Positions 40,559 through 51,421 of a DNA stretch of 64,000 bases are shown here, piece by piece; positions within the stretch are counted from its first letter, which is position 1; each line of letters begins with the position of its first letter. Made by a program: the position numbers and the translations under genes. The DNA comes from Escherichia coli (GTDB lineage Bacteria > Pseudomonadota > Gammaproteobacteria > Enterobacterales > Enterobacteriaceae), in the NCBI RefSeq assembly GCF_003334785.1, contig NZ_QOWV01000004.1. One strand, given 5' to 3'. The notes below the pieces were generated by a model. That model saw nothing but the letters and a program-made list of their open reading frames with translations. It was not told the DNA's origin and did not search any database.

Positions 40559-42940
40559 ATGTTAAAAAAAACGTTACTGGCCTACACCATTGGTTTTGCC
40601 TTTTCTCCCCCAGCCAATGCAGATGGTATAGAGATTGCCGCTGTTGATTTTGATCGGGAAACATTAAAATCACTAGGTGTAGATCCTAATATATCGCATT
40701 ATTTTTCCCGTTCAGCCCGTTTTTTGCCAGGTGAATATTCACTGATAGTATCAGTAAATGGCGAAAAAAAAGGCAACATTGCTACGCGCTTTGATGAAAA
40801 TGGCGACATTTGTCTTGATCAGGCATTTCTGCAACAAGCCGGTTTAAAAATTCCTTCTGAAGAAAAAAATGGCTGTTACGACTATATATTGTCCTACCCG
40901 GGTACCACAATCACACCATTACCTAACCAGGAAGCGTTAGATATTATCGTTTCACCACAGGCGATCATTCCCATAGGGTTGGATCTCACAAACGCAGCAA
41001 CTGGTGGAACAGCTGCGCTGCTAAACTACTCTCTGATGAGCAGCCGTGCAGAATTTTCTAATGGGAGTTCGGACTACTCCCAGGCTGCACTTGAAGGCGG
41101 GATTAATATTAATGACTGGATGTTACGCAGCCATCAGTTCCTTACACAAACAAATGGCACATTCAGTAACCAGAACTCGTCAACCTACCTTCAACGTACC
41201 TTTACAGATCTTAAAACACTCATGCGAGCAGGTGAAGTTAACCTCAATAATAGCGTGTTGGAAGGAGCCAGTATTTACGGTATCGAAATCGCACCGGACA
41301 ACGCATTGCAAACCAGCGGCAATGGTGTGCAAGTTACTGGTATAGCCAACACCTCTCAGGCTCGTGTCGAGATTCGTCAACAAGGAGTTTTAATTCATTC
41401 CATTCTGGTTCCTGCGGGCGCATTCACTATCCCTGATGTACCTGTTCGCAATGGTAATAGTGATCTTAATGTCACCGTTGTCGAAACAGACGGTAGTTCG
41501 CACAACTATATTGTTCCCTCCACCCTGTTTAATCAGCATGTAGAAAGCTTCCAGGGTTATCGCTTCGCGATAGGGCGGGTAGACGATGACTATGACGAAT
41601 CACCTTGGGTAATTAGTGCATCGAGCGGATGGAATCTGACACGCTGGAGTGCAATGAACGGCGGCGTTATCGTAGCAGAAAATTATCAGGCGGCATCAAT
41701 CCGGTCGAGTCTGGTTCCCCTGCCCGATTTAACAGTGAGCAGCCAAATTAGTACATCGCAGGATACGAAAGACTCACTGCAAGGACAGAAATATCGTCTT
41801 GACGCGAACTACAATCTCCCATTTTCACTTGGGCTAACAACCAGCCTCACTCGATCTGATCGCCATTATCGCGAACTGTCTGAAGCGATTGATGATGATT
41901 ATACCGATCCGACTAAAAGCACTTATGCGCTTGGTTTAAACTGGTCTAACTCCATTCTGGGTGGTTTCAACATCAGTGGCTATAAAACATATAGTTACGA
42001 CGGTGACAATGACTCAAGCAACCTTAATATTAACTGGAACAAAGCGTTCAAACACGCCACGGTTTCCGTCAACTGGCAGCATCAACTTAGTGCTTCAGAA
42101 AATAATGAAGACGATGGTGATCTGTTCTACGTCAACATCAGTATTCCATTTGGCAGATCAAACACCGCCACACTGTATACTCGCCATGACGATCATAAAA
42201 CCCACTATGGTACTGGTGTCATGGGAGTCGTCTCAGATGAGATGTCCTACTATGTGAATGCTGAACGAGATCACGACGAACGTGAAACGAGCTTGAACGG
42301 CAGTATCAGTTCCAATCTCCATTACACCCAAGTCAGCCTTGCCGCAGGAGCAAGCGGCAGTGATAGCCGTACTTACAACGGTACGATGTCAGGTGGTATT
42401 GCCGTACATGATCAGGGAGTGACCTTTTCACCGTGGACTATCAATGACACTTTCGCCATCGCAAAAATGGATAACAATATTGCAGGTGTCAGAATTACAT
42501 CTCAGGCAGGCCCAGTATGGACAGATTTTCGGGGTAATGCCGTCATTCCATCAATCCAGCCGTGGCGAACATCAGGAGTTGAGATCGATACCGCCAGCTT
42601 GCCAAAAAATGTCGATATCGGTAACGGCACAAAAATGATCAAACAAGGCCGTGGTGCAGTAGGGAAAGTCGGATTCAGTGCGATAACACAACGCCGTGCA
42701 TTACTCAATATCACACTTTCCGACGGCAAAAAACTGCCCAGAGGCGTTGCGATTGAAGATAGTGAAGGCAACTATCTGACAACATCAGTGGATGACGGTG
42801 TTGTATTCCTCAATAACATCAAACCGGACATGGTGCTAGATATAAAAGATGAGCAGCAATCATGCCGTATTCACCTTACATTCCCAGAAGATGCACCAAA
42901 AGATGTGTTCTATGAGACAGCAACAGGAGAGTGCCAATGA
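40559..42940 (+). CDS. yhcD: Fimbrial outer membrane usher
   Basis: 793 aa from ATG (MLKKTLLAYTIGFAFSPPANA...); C-terminal Cys pair. Confidence 0.9.
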   Translation: MLKKTLLAYTIGFAFSPPANADGIEIAAVDFDRETLKSLGVDPNISHYFSRSARFLPGEYSLIVSVNGEKKGNIATRFDENGDICLDQAFLQQAGLKIPSEEKNGCYDYILSYPGTTITPLPNQEALDIIVSPQAIIPIGLDLTNAATGGTAALLNYSLMSSRAEFSNGSSDYSQAALEGGININDWMLRSHQFLTQTNGTFSNQNSSTYLQRTFTDLKTLMRAGEVNLNNSVLEGASIYGIEIAPDNALQTSGNGVQVTGIANTSQARVEIRQQGVLIHSILVPAGAFTIPDVPVRNGNSDLNVTVVETDGSSHNYIVPSTLFNQHVESFQGYRFAIGRVDDDYDESPWVISASSGWNLTRWSAMNGGVIVAENYQAASIRSSLVPLPDLTVSSQISTSQDTKDSLQGQKYRLDANYNLPFSLGLTTSLTRSDRHYRELSEAIDDDYTDPTKSTYALGLNWSNSILGGFNISGYKTYSYDGDNDSSNLNINWNKAFKHATVSVNWQHQLSASENNEDDGDLFYVNISIPFGRSNTATLYTRHDDHKTHYGTGVMGVVSDEMSYYVNAERDHDERETSLNGSISSNLHYTQVSLAAGASGSDSRTYNGTMSGGIAVHDQGVTFSPWTINDTFAIAKMDNNIAGVRITSQAGPVWTDFRGNAVIPSIQPWRTSGVEIDTASLPKNVDIGNGTKMIKQGRGAVGKVGFSAITQRRALLNITLSDGKKLPRGVAIEDSEGNYLTTSVDDGVVFLNNIKPDMVLDIKDEQQSCRIHLTFPEDAPKDVFYETATGECQ

Positions 42941-43482
42941 AACGGATAATAACAGGATGCCTGCTGCTGAACTTCGCCATGGCCGCTCAGGCAGAGTGTA
43001 ATATCTCCAGTAGCATACAAAATATCGACTATGGCAAACGAAGTGCTGCCATGCGCCAAGTTGACCGGGGTAAAACAACACAATTAGCAGACAGAACAAT
43101 CACGCTGGTAATGCAATGCGATCAGGACGCTCATATTCGTGTTCAGTTGAATACCGCTAATATTTCCAACAACGGATTTGGATTTGGCCCGAATGGTTCA
43201 TTAAATCTGATCGCCAGCGATGCATTTTCAGGTAGTAACAATCTCGACCTGGCGTTAGCCAGTGGCAAAAATGACAATCCGGGCAGCACAGGAACAGCAT
43301 CAATTAGTACTTCCCCCAATAATTGGCTGGTGTTTATGCAAAATGGTCAAGAAGTGGTAATTGATAGCGGTAAAAGCGTTAGCCTCACACTGACAATGGC
43401 TCCAGCTTTTAAGGATGAAGGGGAACTAACCGACATGACAGATATTACAGGCAATCTGACGGTCCTGGTGGAGGCAAAATGA
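42937..43482 (+). CDS. yhcE: Putative fimbrial subunit YhcE (DUF1120-like), apparently intact
   Basis: 181 aa from ATG overlapping the yhcD stop (ATGA); signal peptide MKRIITGCLLLNFAMAAQA; no insertion sequence in or near the ORF. Confidence 0.8.
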   Translation: MKRIITGCLLLNFAMAAQAECNISSSIQNIDYGKRSAAMRQVDRGKTTQLADRTITLVMQCDQDAHIRVQLNTANISNNGFGFGPNGSLNLIASDAFSGSNNLDLALASGKNDNPGSTGTASISTSPNNWLVFMQNGQEVVIDSGKSVSLTLTMAPAFKDEGELTDMTDITGNLTVLVEAK

Positions 43483-44195
43483 ACAATGTAAAATTACTGA
43501 TTGCCGGAAGTGCCTTTTTTGCCATGTCAGCGCAAGCCGCTGATAGAGTATCAATTGACGTTAAGGTGACTCTGGAAGCTGCAGCTTGTACTCCAATACT
43601 AAGCAACGGCGGAGTTGTTAACTTCGGTAGTCATTCAGTCAATAGACTTTCAACGCAGCACTACACACAGATTGGAACACGTAATATTAATATGACTATA
43701 ACTTGCGAATCCGCTACCGGCATTGCGATTACCGCTCGTGATACACGAATGGATAGTATGACCACCGGAAAAGATAGTGGGGGTCAGAGTGGTGTAAAAT
43801 ATACCTTAAATGGCGGAGGTTATATTAGCCAGACAACGCGCTTATTCGGCTTAGGGAAAACAAAAGATAATAAAAATATCGGTAGTTATGCCGTGTTAAT
43901 TGATAGCAACAACATTAGTGCCAGCAATGGTAGCCAGACGTTAGCTGTATCAATAGCAGGTGCAGATGCCGTCATAACAGGGCAAAAAAGAGCATGGCAA
44001 ACGCTCACCGCTTATCCGCTTGCAGTCGATCAAAGCTATTATTACACCTTTGTAAAACCAGGTGAAACAACCCCAACTCCTGTAACGAACGCCATTATAC
44101 CGCTTCAGGTGAGCGCATCTATCGCGAATGATTTAGGCGGTTCAGAAAAAATCGAACTTGATGGGAAAGCTGTGATAAGCGTAGTCTACTTGTGA
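43479..44195 (+). CDS. yhcF: Putative fimbrial subunit YhcF (DUF1120 family)
   Basis: 238 aa; signal peptide MNNVKLLIAGSAFFAMSAQA; C-terminal ...ELDGKAVISVVYL paralogous to gltF. Confidence 0.85.
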   Translation: MNNVKLLIAGSAFFAMSAQAADRVSIDVKVTLEAAACTPILSNGGVVNFGSHSVNRLSTQHYTQIGTRNINMTITCESATGIAITARDTRMDSMTTGKDSGGQSGVKYTLNGGGYISQTTRLFGLGKTKDNKNIGSYAVLIDSNNISASNGSQTLAVSIAGADAVITGQKRAWQTLTAYPLAVDQSYYYTFVKPGETTPTPVTNAIIPLQVSASIANDLGGSEKIELDGKAVISVVYL

Positions 44196-44379
44196 TAACA
44201 ATGCCGGACAGGAGTACTATCAGGCATTCGTTTTATACGATCGGTTAATGTTTCAGGAAAGCTCTTCGCATATCTTGGGGAAAGTAAATGTAATACGCTG
44301 TTCTTAATTGTTCAGTGCTCACCCCCCAGAGTATAGCTCATTCCATTATTCAACTTAGCTCCATATAAAGGGACAGATA

Positions 44380-45507
44380 ATGGAATCGCTCTCAGAAGGA
44401 ACCACAGCAGGCTACCAGCAAATCCACGACGGTATTATTCATCTGGTCGATAGCGCCCGGACGGAAACGGTACGTAGCGTTAACGCGTTAATGACCGCGA
44501 CGTACCAGGAAATTGGCCGACGAATTGTCGAATTTGAACAAGGTGGCGAGGCCAGGGCTGCGTATGGTGCGCAGCTAATCAAGCGACTATCAAAGGATTT
44601 ATGTCTAAGGTATAAGCGTGGGTTCTCTGCAAAAAACTTACGCCAAATGAGGCTTTTTTACCTCTTTTTTCAACATGTTGAAATTCGCCAGACAATGTCT
44701 GGCGAATTAACACCATTGGGAATTCCGCAGACACCGTCTGCAGAATTCCCATCGGCAAAGATTTGGCAGACGCTGTCTGCCAAATCTTTCCCCTTGCCCA
44801 GGTCCACCTACGTCCGTTTACTTTCCGTTAAAAACGCTGACGCCCGCAGCTTTTATGAAAAAGAGACGCTCCGCTGTGGCTGGTCTGTTCGCCAGCTAGA
44901 GCGGCAAATTGCGACCCAGTTTTATGAGCGGACACTACTGTCACATGACAAATCAGCCATGCTGCAACAACACGCTCCTGCCGAGACGCATATTCTTCCG
45001 CAACAGGCGATACGCGATCCCTTTGTGCTCGAATTTCTGGAATTGAAAGATGAATATTCAGAATCCGATTTTGAGGAGGCGCTGATCAACCACCTGATGG
45101 ATTTCATGCTGGAACTTGGGGATGATTTTGCCTTTGTTGGTCGGCAGCGAAGGTTACGCATTGATGACAACTGGTTTCGTGTCGATCTGCTGTTTTTCCA
45201 CCGCCGTTTACGCTGCCTGCTAATCGTCGATCTAAAAGTGGGCAAATTCAGCTATAGCGATGCCGGACAGATGAATATGTATCTCAACTACGCCAAAGAG
45301 CACTGGACGCTACCGGATGAAAATCCGCCCATCGGTCTGGTTCTCTGTGCAGAGAAAGGAGCCGGAGAAGCGCATTATGCTCTGGCAGGTTTGCCTAACA
45401 CCGTTCTGGCAAGCGAATATAAGATGCAACTACCTGATGAGAAACGACTCGCAGATGAACTCGTTCGAACACAGGCGGTGCTAGAGGAAGGCTATAGACG
45501 CCGTTAA
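44380..45507 (+). CDS. yhcG: YhcG, DUF1016-family protein with PD-(D/E)xK nuclease-like C-terminal region
   Basis: 375 aa; MESLSEGTTAGYQQIHDGIIHLVDSARTE...; C-terminal ...RVDLLFFHRRLRCLLIVDLKVGKF... resembles a D...(D/E)xK core; contains three in-frame palindromic repeat units. Confidence 0.85.
   Translation: MESLSEGTTAGYQQIHDGIIHLVDSARTETVRSVNALMTATYQEIGRRIVEFEQGGEARAAYGAQLIKRLSKDLCLRYKRGFSAKNLRQMRLFYLFFQHVEIRQTMSGELTPLGIPQTPSAEFPSAKIWQTLSAKSFPLPRSTYVRLLSVKNADARSFYEKETLRCGWSVRQLERQIATQFYERTLLSHDKSAMLQQHAPAETHILPQQAIRDPFVLEFLELKDEYSESDFEEALINHLMDFMLELGDDFAFVGRQRRLRIDDNWFRVDLLFFHRRLRCLLIVDLKVGKFSYSDAGQMNMYLNYAKEHWTLPDENPPIGLVLCAEKGAGEAHYALAGLPNTVLASEYKMQLPDEKRLADELVRTQAVLEEGYRRR
44682..44787. 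repeat. Three tandem 27-29 bp palindromic units (CAGAC-N3-GTCTG core) inside the yhcG coding sequence
   Basis: Units at 44682-44708, 44720-44748 and 44759-44787 with 38-39 bp periodicity; 12-13 bp inverted arms, two perfect and one with a single mismatch. Confidence 0.8.
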
Positions 45508-45520
45508 TTTCAGCGGTTTC

Positions 45521-45548
45521 GAATTCTGCAGACAGTGTCTGCAGAATC
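45521..45548. repeat. Palindromic unit (GAATTCTGCAGAC-AGT-GTCTGCAGAATC), 13 nt after the yhcG stop
   Basis: Perfect inverted arms; same family as 38382-38409 and the intragenic yhcG units; lies between convergent yhcG and yhcH. Confidence 0.8.
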
Positions 45549-45566
45549 TTTAAAACGAACTAAGTT

Positions 45567-46899
<1,333 letters not shown>

Positions 46900-46903
<4 letters not shown>

Positions 46904-47589
46904 AGCACCGCCTTTTTCATCGCTGTGTTGTACCACTGACAAATGTGCTCAAGACGCGTGATTGCAGAACCGACCGTCACCGCCCACGCGCCGTGGCGCA
47001 TCGCATCCGCCGCCTGAGCAGGCGTGTTGTAACGCCCTTCGGCAATCACCCGACATCCGGCGTCGCTCAACGTTTTCACCAGCGCCAGATCCGGCTCTTC
47101 TGGCGTTTCAGGCGTGGTATAGCCAGAAAGCGTAGTGCCAATAATTTCGGCTCCCAGCTTTTGGCATGCCAGGCCGTCTTCCGGCGTTGAGCAGTCGGTC
47201 ATCGCCAGTAAACCGTGATGGTGAATACGTGCCAGCAGCGTTTCAACAGGCACCGGACGCGGGCGGTCGGTGCCGTCAATGGCGATAATGTCCGCGCCCG
47301 CCTGCGCCAGCGCATCAACATCTTCAATATAGGCCGTGATGCGTACCGGAGAATCCTCCAGATCGCGTTTCACAATTCCAATAATCGGCACGCTCACCAC
47401 CGCACGCGTGGCTTGCAGATTTGCCACACCTTCAATGCGAATGGCAACCGCGCCCGCCTGTTCTGCCGCTAATGCCATGGCGGCGACGATTTCGGGTTTA
47501 TCGAGCGGGCTGTCCGGAACCGGCTGGCAGGAGACAATCAGGCCACCGTTAGCAGCGATTTTTTGATCCAGTTGTGCAAGTAACGACAT
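46900..47589 (-). CDS. nanE: N-acetylmannosamine-6-phosphate 2-epimerase
   Basis: 229 aa from ATG ([30 protein letters not shown]...). Confidence 0.95.
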
Positions 47590-47636
47590 ACATCTTCCCT
47601 TAGCGAAAGGCCCGGTACATAGACCGGGCAACAGGA

Positions 47637-49127
47637 TTAACTTTTGGTTTTGACTAAATCGTTTTTGGCGCTGCCAAACGGCACGGCACCGCTGAATGGT
47701 TTACCGTCGATAGCGTCATGAGTACGCAACGCTTCCGGGCGCAACCAACGCTGAACGCGAGAAGGCATATCCAGCCCAATCAGCAGGATCACCACGAACG
47801 TCAGACTGAACGAGAGCGATGCCAGCGCAGTACCCAGATCCAGACGTTGAGCGATCAACGCGCCGATGATTGGGGCCAGTGCACCGCCCAATGCGCCAAC
47901 GTTGTAGGTAAAGCCCAGGCCCGCTGCACGCTGGTCGGTATCGAAATAACCGCCAATCAGTTTTGGTAAGATCCCGGCGATCCCTTGTCCAAGCATTTGC
48001 TGGAAGAACAGTAACAGACCGAGCACCCAGACGTTTGCGCCGCCAATCGCAAATACCGGAATAATCAGCAGCTGCGAGGCCAGCAGGCTACAAACGTACG
48101 CTTTGCGGGTTCCCAGCCAGTCACCGAGGAAGCCACCTACGCAGCATCCCACCGCCGCGCCAAAGCCACTAAAGAACAGCACATTGGCTACAGTATGCGG
48201 GTTATAAGCCAGATCGGTTTTCAGATACGTTGGCAGCAGCGCCTGAATCGGCCATGAGTAGAGGAAAGCAAACAACACGACCACCATCAGCATTACGCCC
48301 GTTGGCCAGCGTTTGCCTGTACTCTGCACCATAAAGCTGATAAAGATTGCGGCGCATAACAGCCCAAGAACAGCGACGATCGCGGCATTTTGCAGGTTAC
48401 CGGCGAAGCAGAACCACAGCGCAGTAGCCGCCGCCAGTGTCATTACGATATTGGCAATGCGATGTTCACCACGGTAGAGAATATCCACCATTGTGCGTAC
48501 TGGTGCTTTACCTGCGTGTTTCTCTTTCCAGTCTTCCGCTTCCGGGATGTTTTTACGCAGCCAGAGAGCAAAGATGATTGGCAAAATGCCGATAAAGAAC
48601 AGCGCACGCCAGCCCCAGACCGGAACCACCAGGCTATAGACCTGAGCGGCAACGACGGCCCCCACAGAGAAGCCTGAAATCAAAAAACCACTGGCTTTGT
48701 TACGCAGATGTTTTGGCCAGCTTTCAATGACATAGGTGGCGCTGGAACCGTATTCACCCGCCATCCCCATGCCGATGACCAGACGAGCGATAAACATGGT
48801 GATGTAGCCTGGCGCAAAGCCGCAGGCCAGCGTCCCGGCCGAGAAGAGAACGATGCTGGTGACCATTGCCAGACGACGCCCGTAGCGGTCACCCATAGCG
48901 CCGAGCATCAGGCCGCCGAACCAGCGAGAGATAAAGGCTGCAGAGATCAGACTTGCCGCCTGCACCGTCGTCAGCCCGAATTCACCTTGTACTTCGGTGA
49001 GTACCAGGGCGATTAAAACGAAATCAAAACCGTCAAGCAGATATCCCAACCAGGCAGCGGAAAATGCGCGCCATTGTGCACGGTTGAGATGGCGATACCA
49101 CGGGATATTCTGGGTTGTAGTACTCAT
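47637..49127 (-). CDS. nanT: Sialic acid MFS transporter NanT
   Basis: 496 aa from ATG ([36 protein letters not shown]...). Confidence 0.95.
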
Positions 49128-49235
49128 TGTGAGTCTCCCGCGGTGGGCGATGCCCACACGCTTTGGTATGAAAATTGTAGGGTACAGATGCGTTTATTTC
49201 CCCTCACCCGGTAGGGGCGAGCGAGGGGAAACAAC

Positions 49236-50129
49236 TCACCCGCGCTCTTGCATCAACTGCTGGGCCAGCGCCTTCAGTTCTGGCAGATATTTTTCATCTA
49301 CCGGTCCAAACGGTTTGCGGCACAGCGGCACAGAAACGACATCCATATAATGGAGGACAGTTTTCAGGCCGCGGAATACGCCCGTTTTGATCAGTAAATC
49401 AATGACTTTATTGCATTCAGTTTGCAGTTTCTGCGCGGTCTGGATATCGCCTTCTTTCAGCGCCTTAACGATCCCCTGATAGCGCCAGCCCATGATGTTG
49501 TAGGTACTGCCGATACCACCATCAGCGCCCGCCAGCAGACCAGAGGCGAAGATTTCGTCGTAACCGTTATAGAGCACAAGATCAGGATGTTCACGACGGA
49601 TCTGCTCCATCTGATAGAGATCGCCAGAGGTCTGTTTCAGCGCACCTACGCCAGGCAATGTAACAAGTGTGTTGATCTGATCCAGGGTCAGTTTTACCCC
49701 ACTCAGGGCTGGAATGTTGTACACCACCATCGGCAAACCATCCGCCGAATCAATAATTGCCCGATAGTGATCGCAGTGTTCTTCAAAGCTGAAAGGATAG
49801 TAGAACGGCGTGACGGCGGAGACGGCATCGAAGCCATAACGTTTAGCCGATGCCGCAAGTTGTTGGCTTTCGGCGGTGCTGACGCAACCGACGTGGGCGA
49901 TGAGTTTAATCTTACCTTTCGCCTCTTCGGCGACGATTTCCAGTACCTGTTCACGCTCGGAAAGGCTTTGTACAAAGGCCTCGCCGGTCGAACCACCCAC
50001 GTATAAACCGTCGATGCCCTGCTGAATATTGAACTGAACCAGGCGACGCAGACTCGCTTTATCCAGTGCTTGTTGTTGGTCAAAAGGAGTCAGGAGTGCA
50101 GCCATTACGCCACGTAAATTCGTTGCCAT
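49236..50129 (-). CDS. nanA: N-acetylneuraminate lyase
   Basis: 297 aa; [50 protein letters not shown]... Confidence 0.97.
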
Positions 50130-50164
50130 AAATACCTCTGAAGTGATGCTTGTCTGATAAACGA

Positions 50165-50187
50165 TATACCTTTATACCTGTTATACC
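50165..50187 (-). promoter_or_regulatory. NanR operator: three GGTATA direct repeats in the nanA promoter
   Basis: Reverse complement reads GGTATAACAGGTATAAAGGTATA, 35-60 nt upstream of the nanA start. Confidence 0.75.
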
Positions 50188-50250
50188 AGATCAATTAAGC
50201 AACACCCCATACAGAAAGCTTATAATGCGATCTGCTTCACTAAAGTGGCA

Positions 50251-51042
50251 TTATTTCTTTTTGTTGGTGGTCTGACCGAAAGCGTGCCAGGTAGCAGAGA
50301 CGCTGTTGAGATGCGATTGCAACGCACGATCGGCTTCGTCAGGATCATGACGGCGGATCGCATCAACGATCGCAATATGCTGTTGATAACTAACGTTGTT
50401 ATGTTCGTGCAGTGCCTGATCGGTAACCGTTGGGCGTGCGGCAATAAGCCAGTCGAGCAGGGCAACGTGGATCGCCATGAAGATTGGGTTACCGGGGATC
50501 TCCGCCAGCACGCGGTGGAAATCAACGTCTGAACGAATGAATGCCGCGTTGTTATCCAGCGACTGACTGTTGATTTCCAGTGCTTTTGCCAGCAAATCGA
50601 TTTGCTCATCGGTGGCATGTTCAGCCGCATAGCGCACCAGACTGGATTCAAAGAACAGACGTAATTGTTCGAAATGGGCAATCCCACCGGGATGAGAAAG
50701 GAAATCTTTCGCCATGCCGGAAAGCTCACCGATGATAGTGTCCGCAGAAGGACGCGAGACGCGAGCGCGTTCGCCGTTGTTTATTTGCACCAGACCTTTG
50801 CGTTTTAACGCTGCCAGCGCTTCACGCACCGAAGGACGCCCGACGTTAAAGAACGCCATCAGTTCGCGTTCAGACGGTAATTGTTCACCTTCGCCAAATT
50901 CACGACGGCGGATCATCTGTTCCAGCTCTTCTTCCACCATTTCGGAGAGTTTTTTACGCGCCAGCGGGCGGCTACGCAAGTTGCGACCAATTGCAGGTGA
51001 AGAATCTTCGGTTTGCGAATCAAATGCGTTCATAAGGCCCAT
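50251..51042 (-). CDS. nanR: GntR/FadR-family repressor NanR
   Basis: 263 aa; [44 protein letters not shown]... Confidence 0.95.
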
Positions 51043-51421
51043 TCTGTAAGGTCAGTGTGATTAACATCATCAGTGACATCCTATCACAGGATTGAAAGTA
51101 GGGGAAAATGGCAGGGTTTTCTCTTTGTGCCTCATCATTACCATAATTAACGGAATAATTAACTATTGCGAAAAATTAATGTAACGCAGATAAAAACATC
51201 CCGTTTGAATTATTTATAAGACTATTCACGAGCATTATGAATATTATGAATGTGTTCTTACAAAATAATCATAAGCGCATATTTTTTAATGAAAAATCAC
51301 CTCACCTACAATTAAAAACACGACATCCGCACCATAAATAGCCTTGCAAAAAATATAACATCGTTGTTTTCAATCTGCCGTTTATGGGATTGACCGTTTT
51401 CTTTTGACACGGAGTTCAACA

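Noticed and set aside
44682-45548. Possible CRISPR array, given repeated about 28-bp palindromic units
   Set aside because: Only three tandem units, with short non-uniform spacers of about 11 bp, lying inside an intact ORF; units are not identical; no cas genes or leader in the window.
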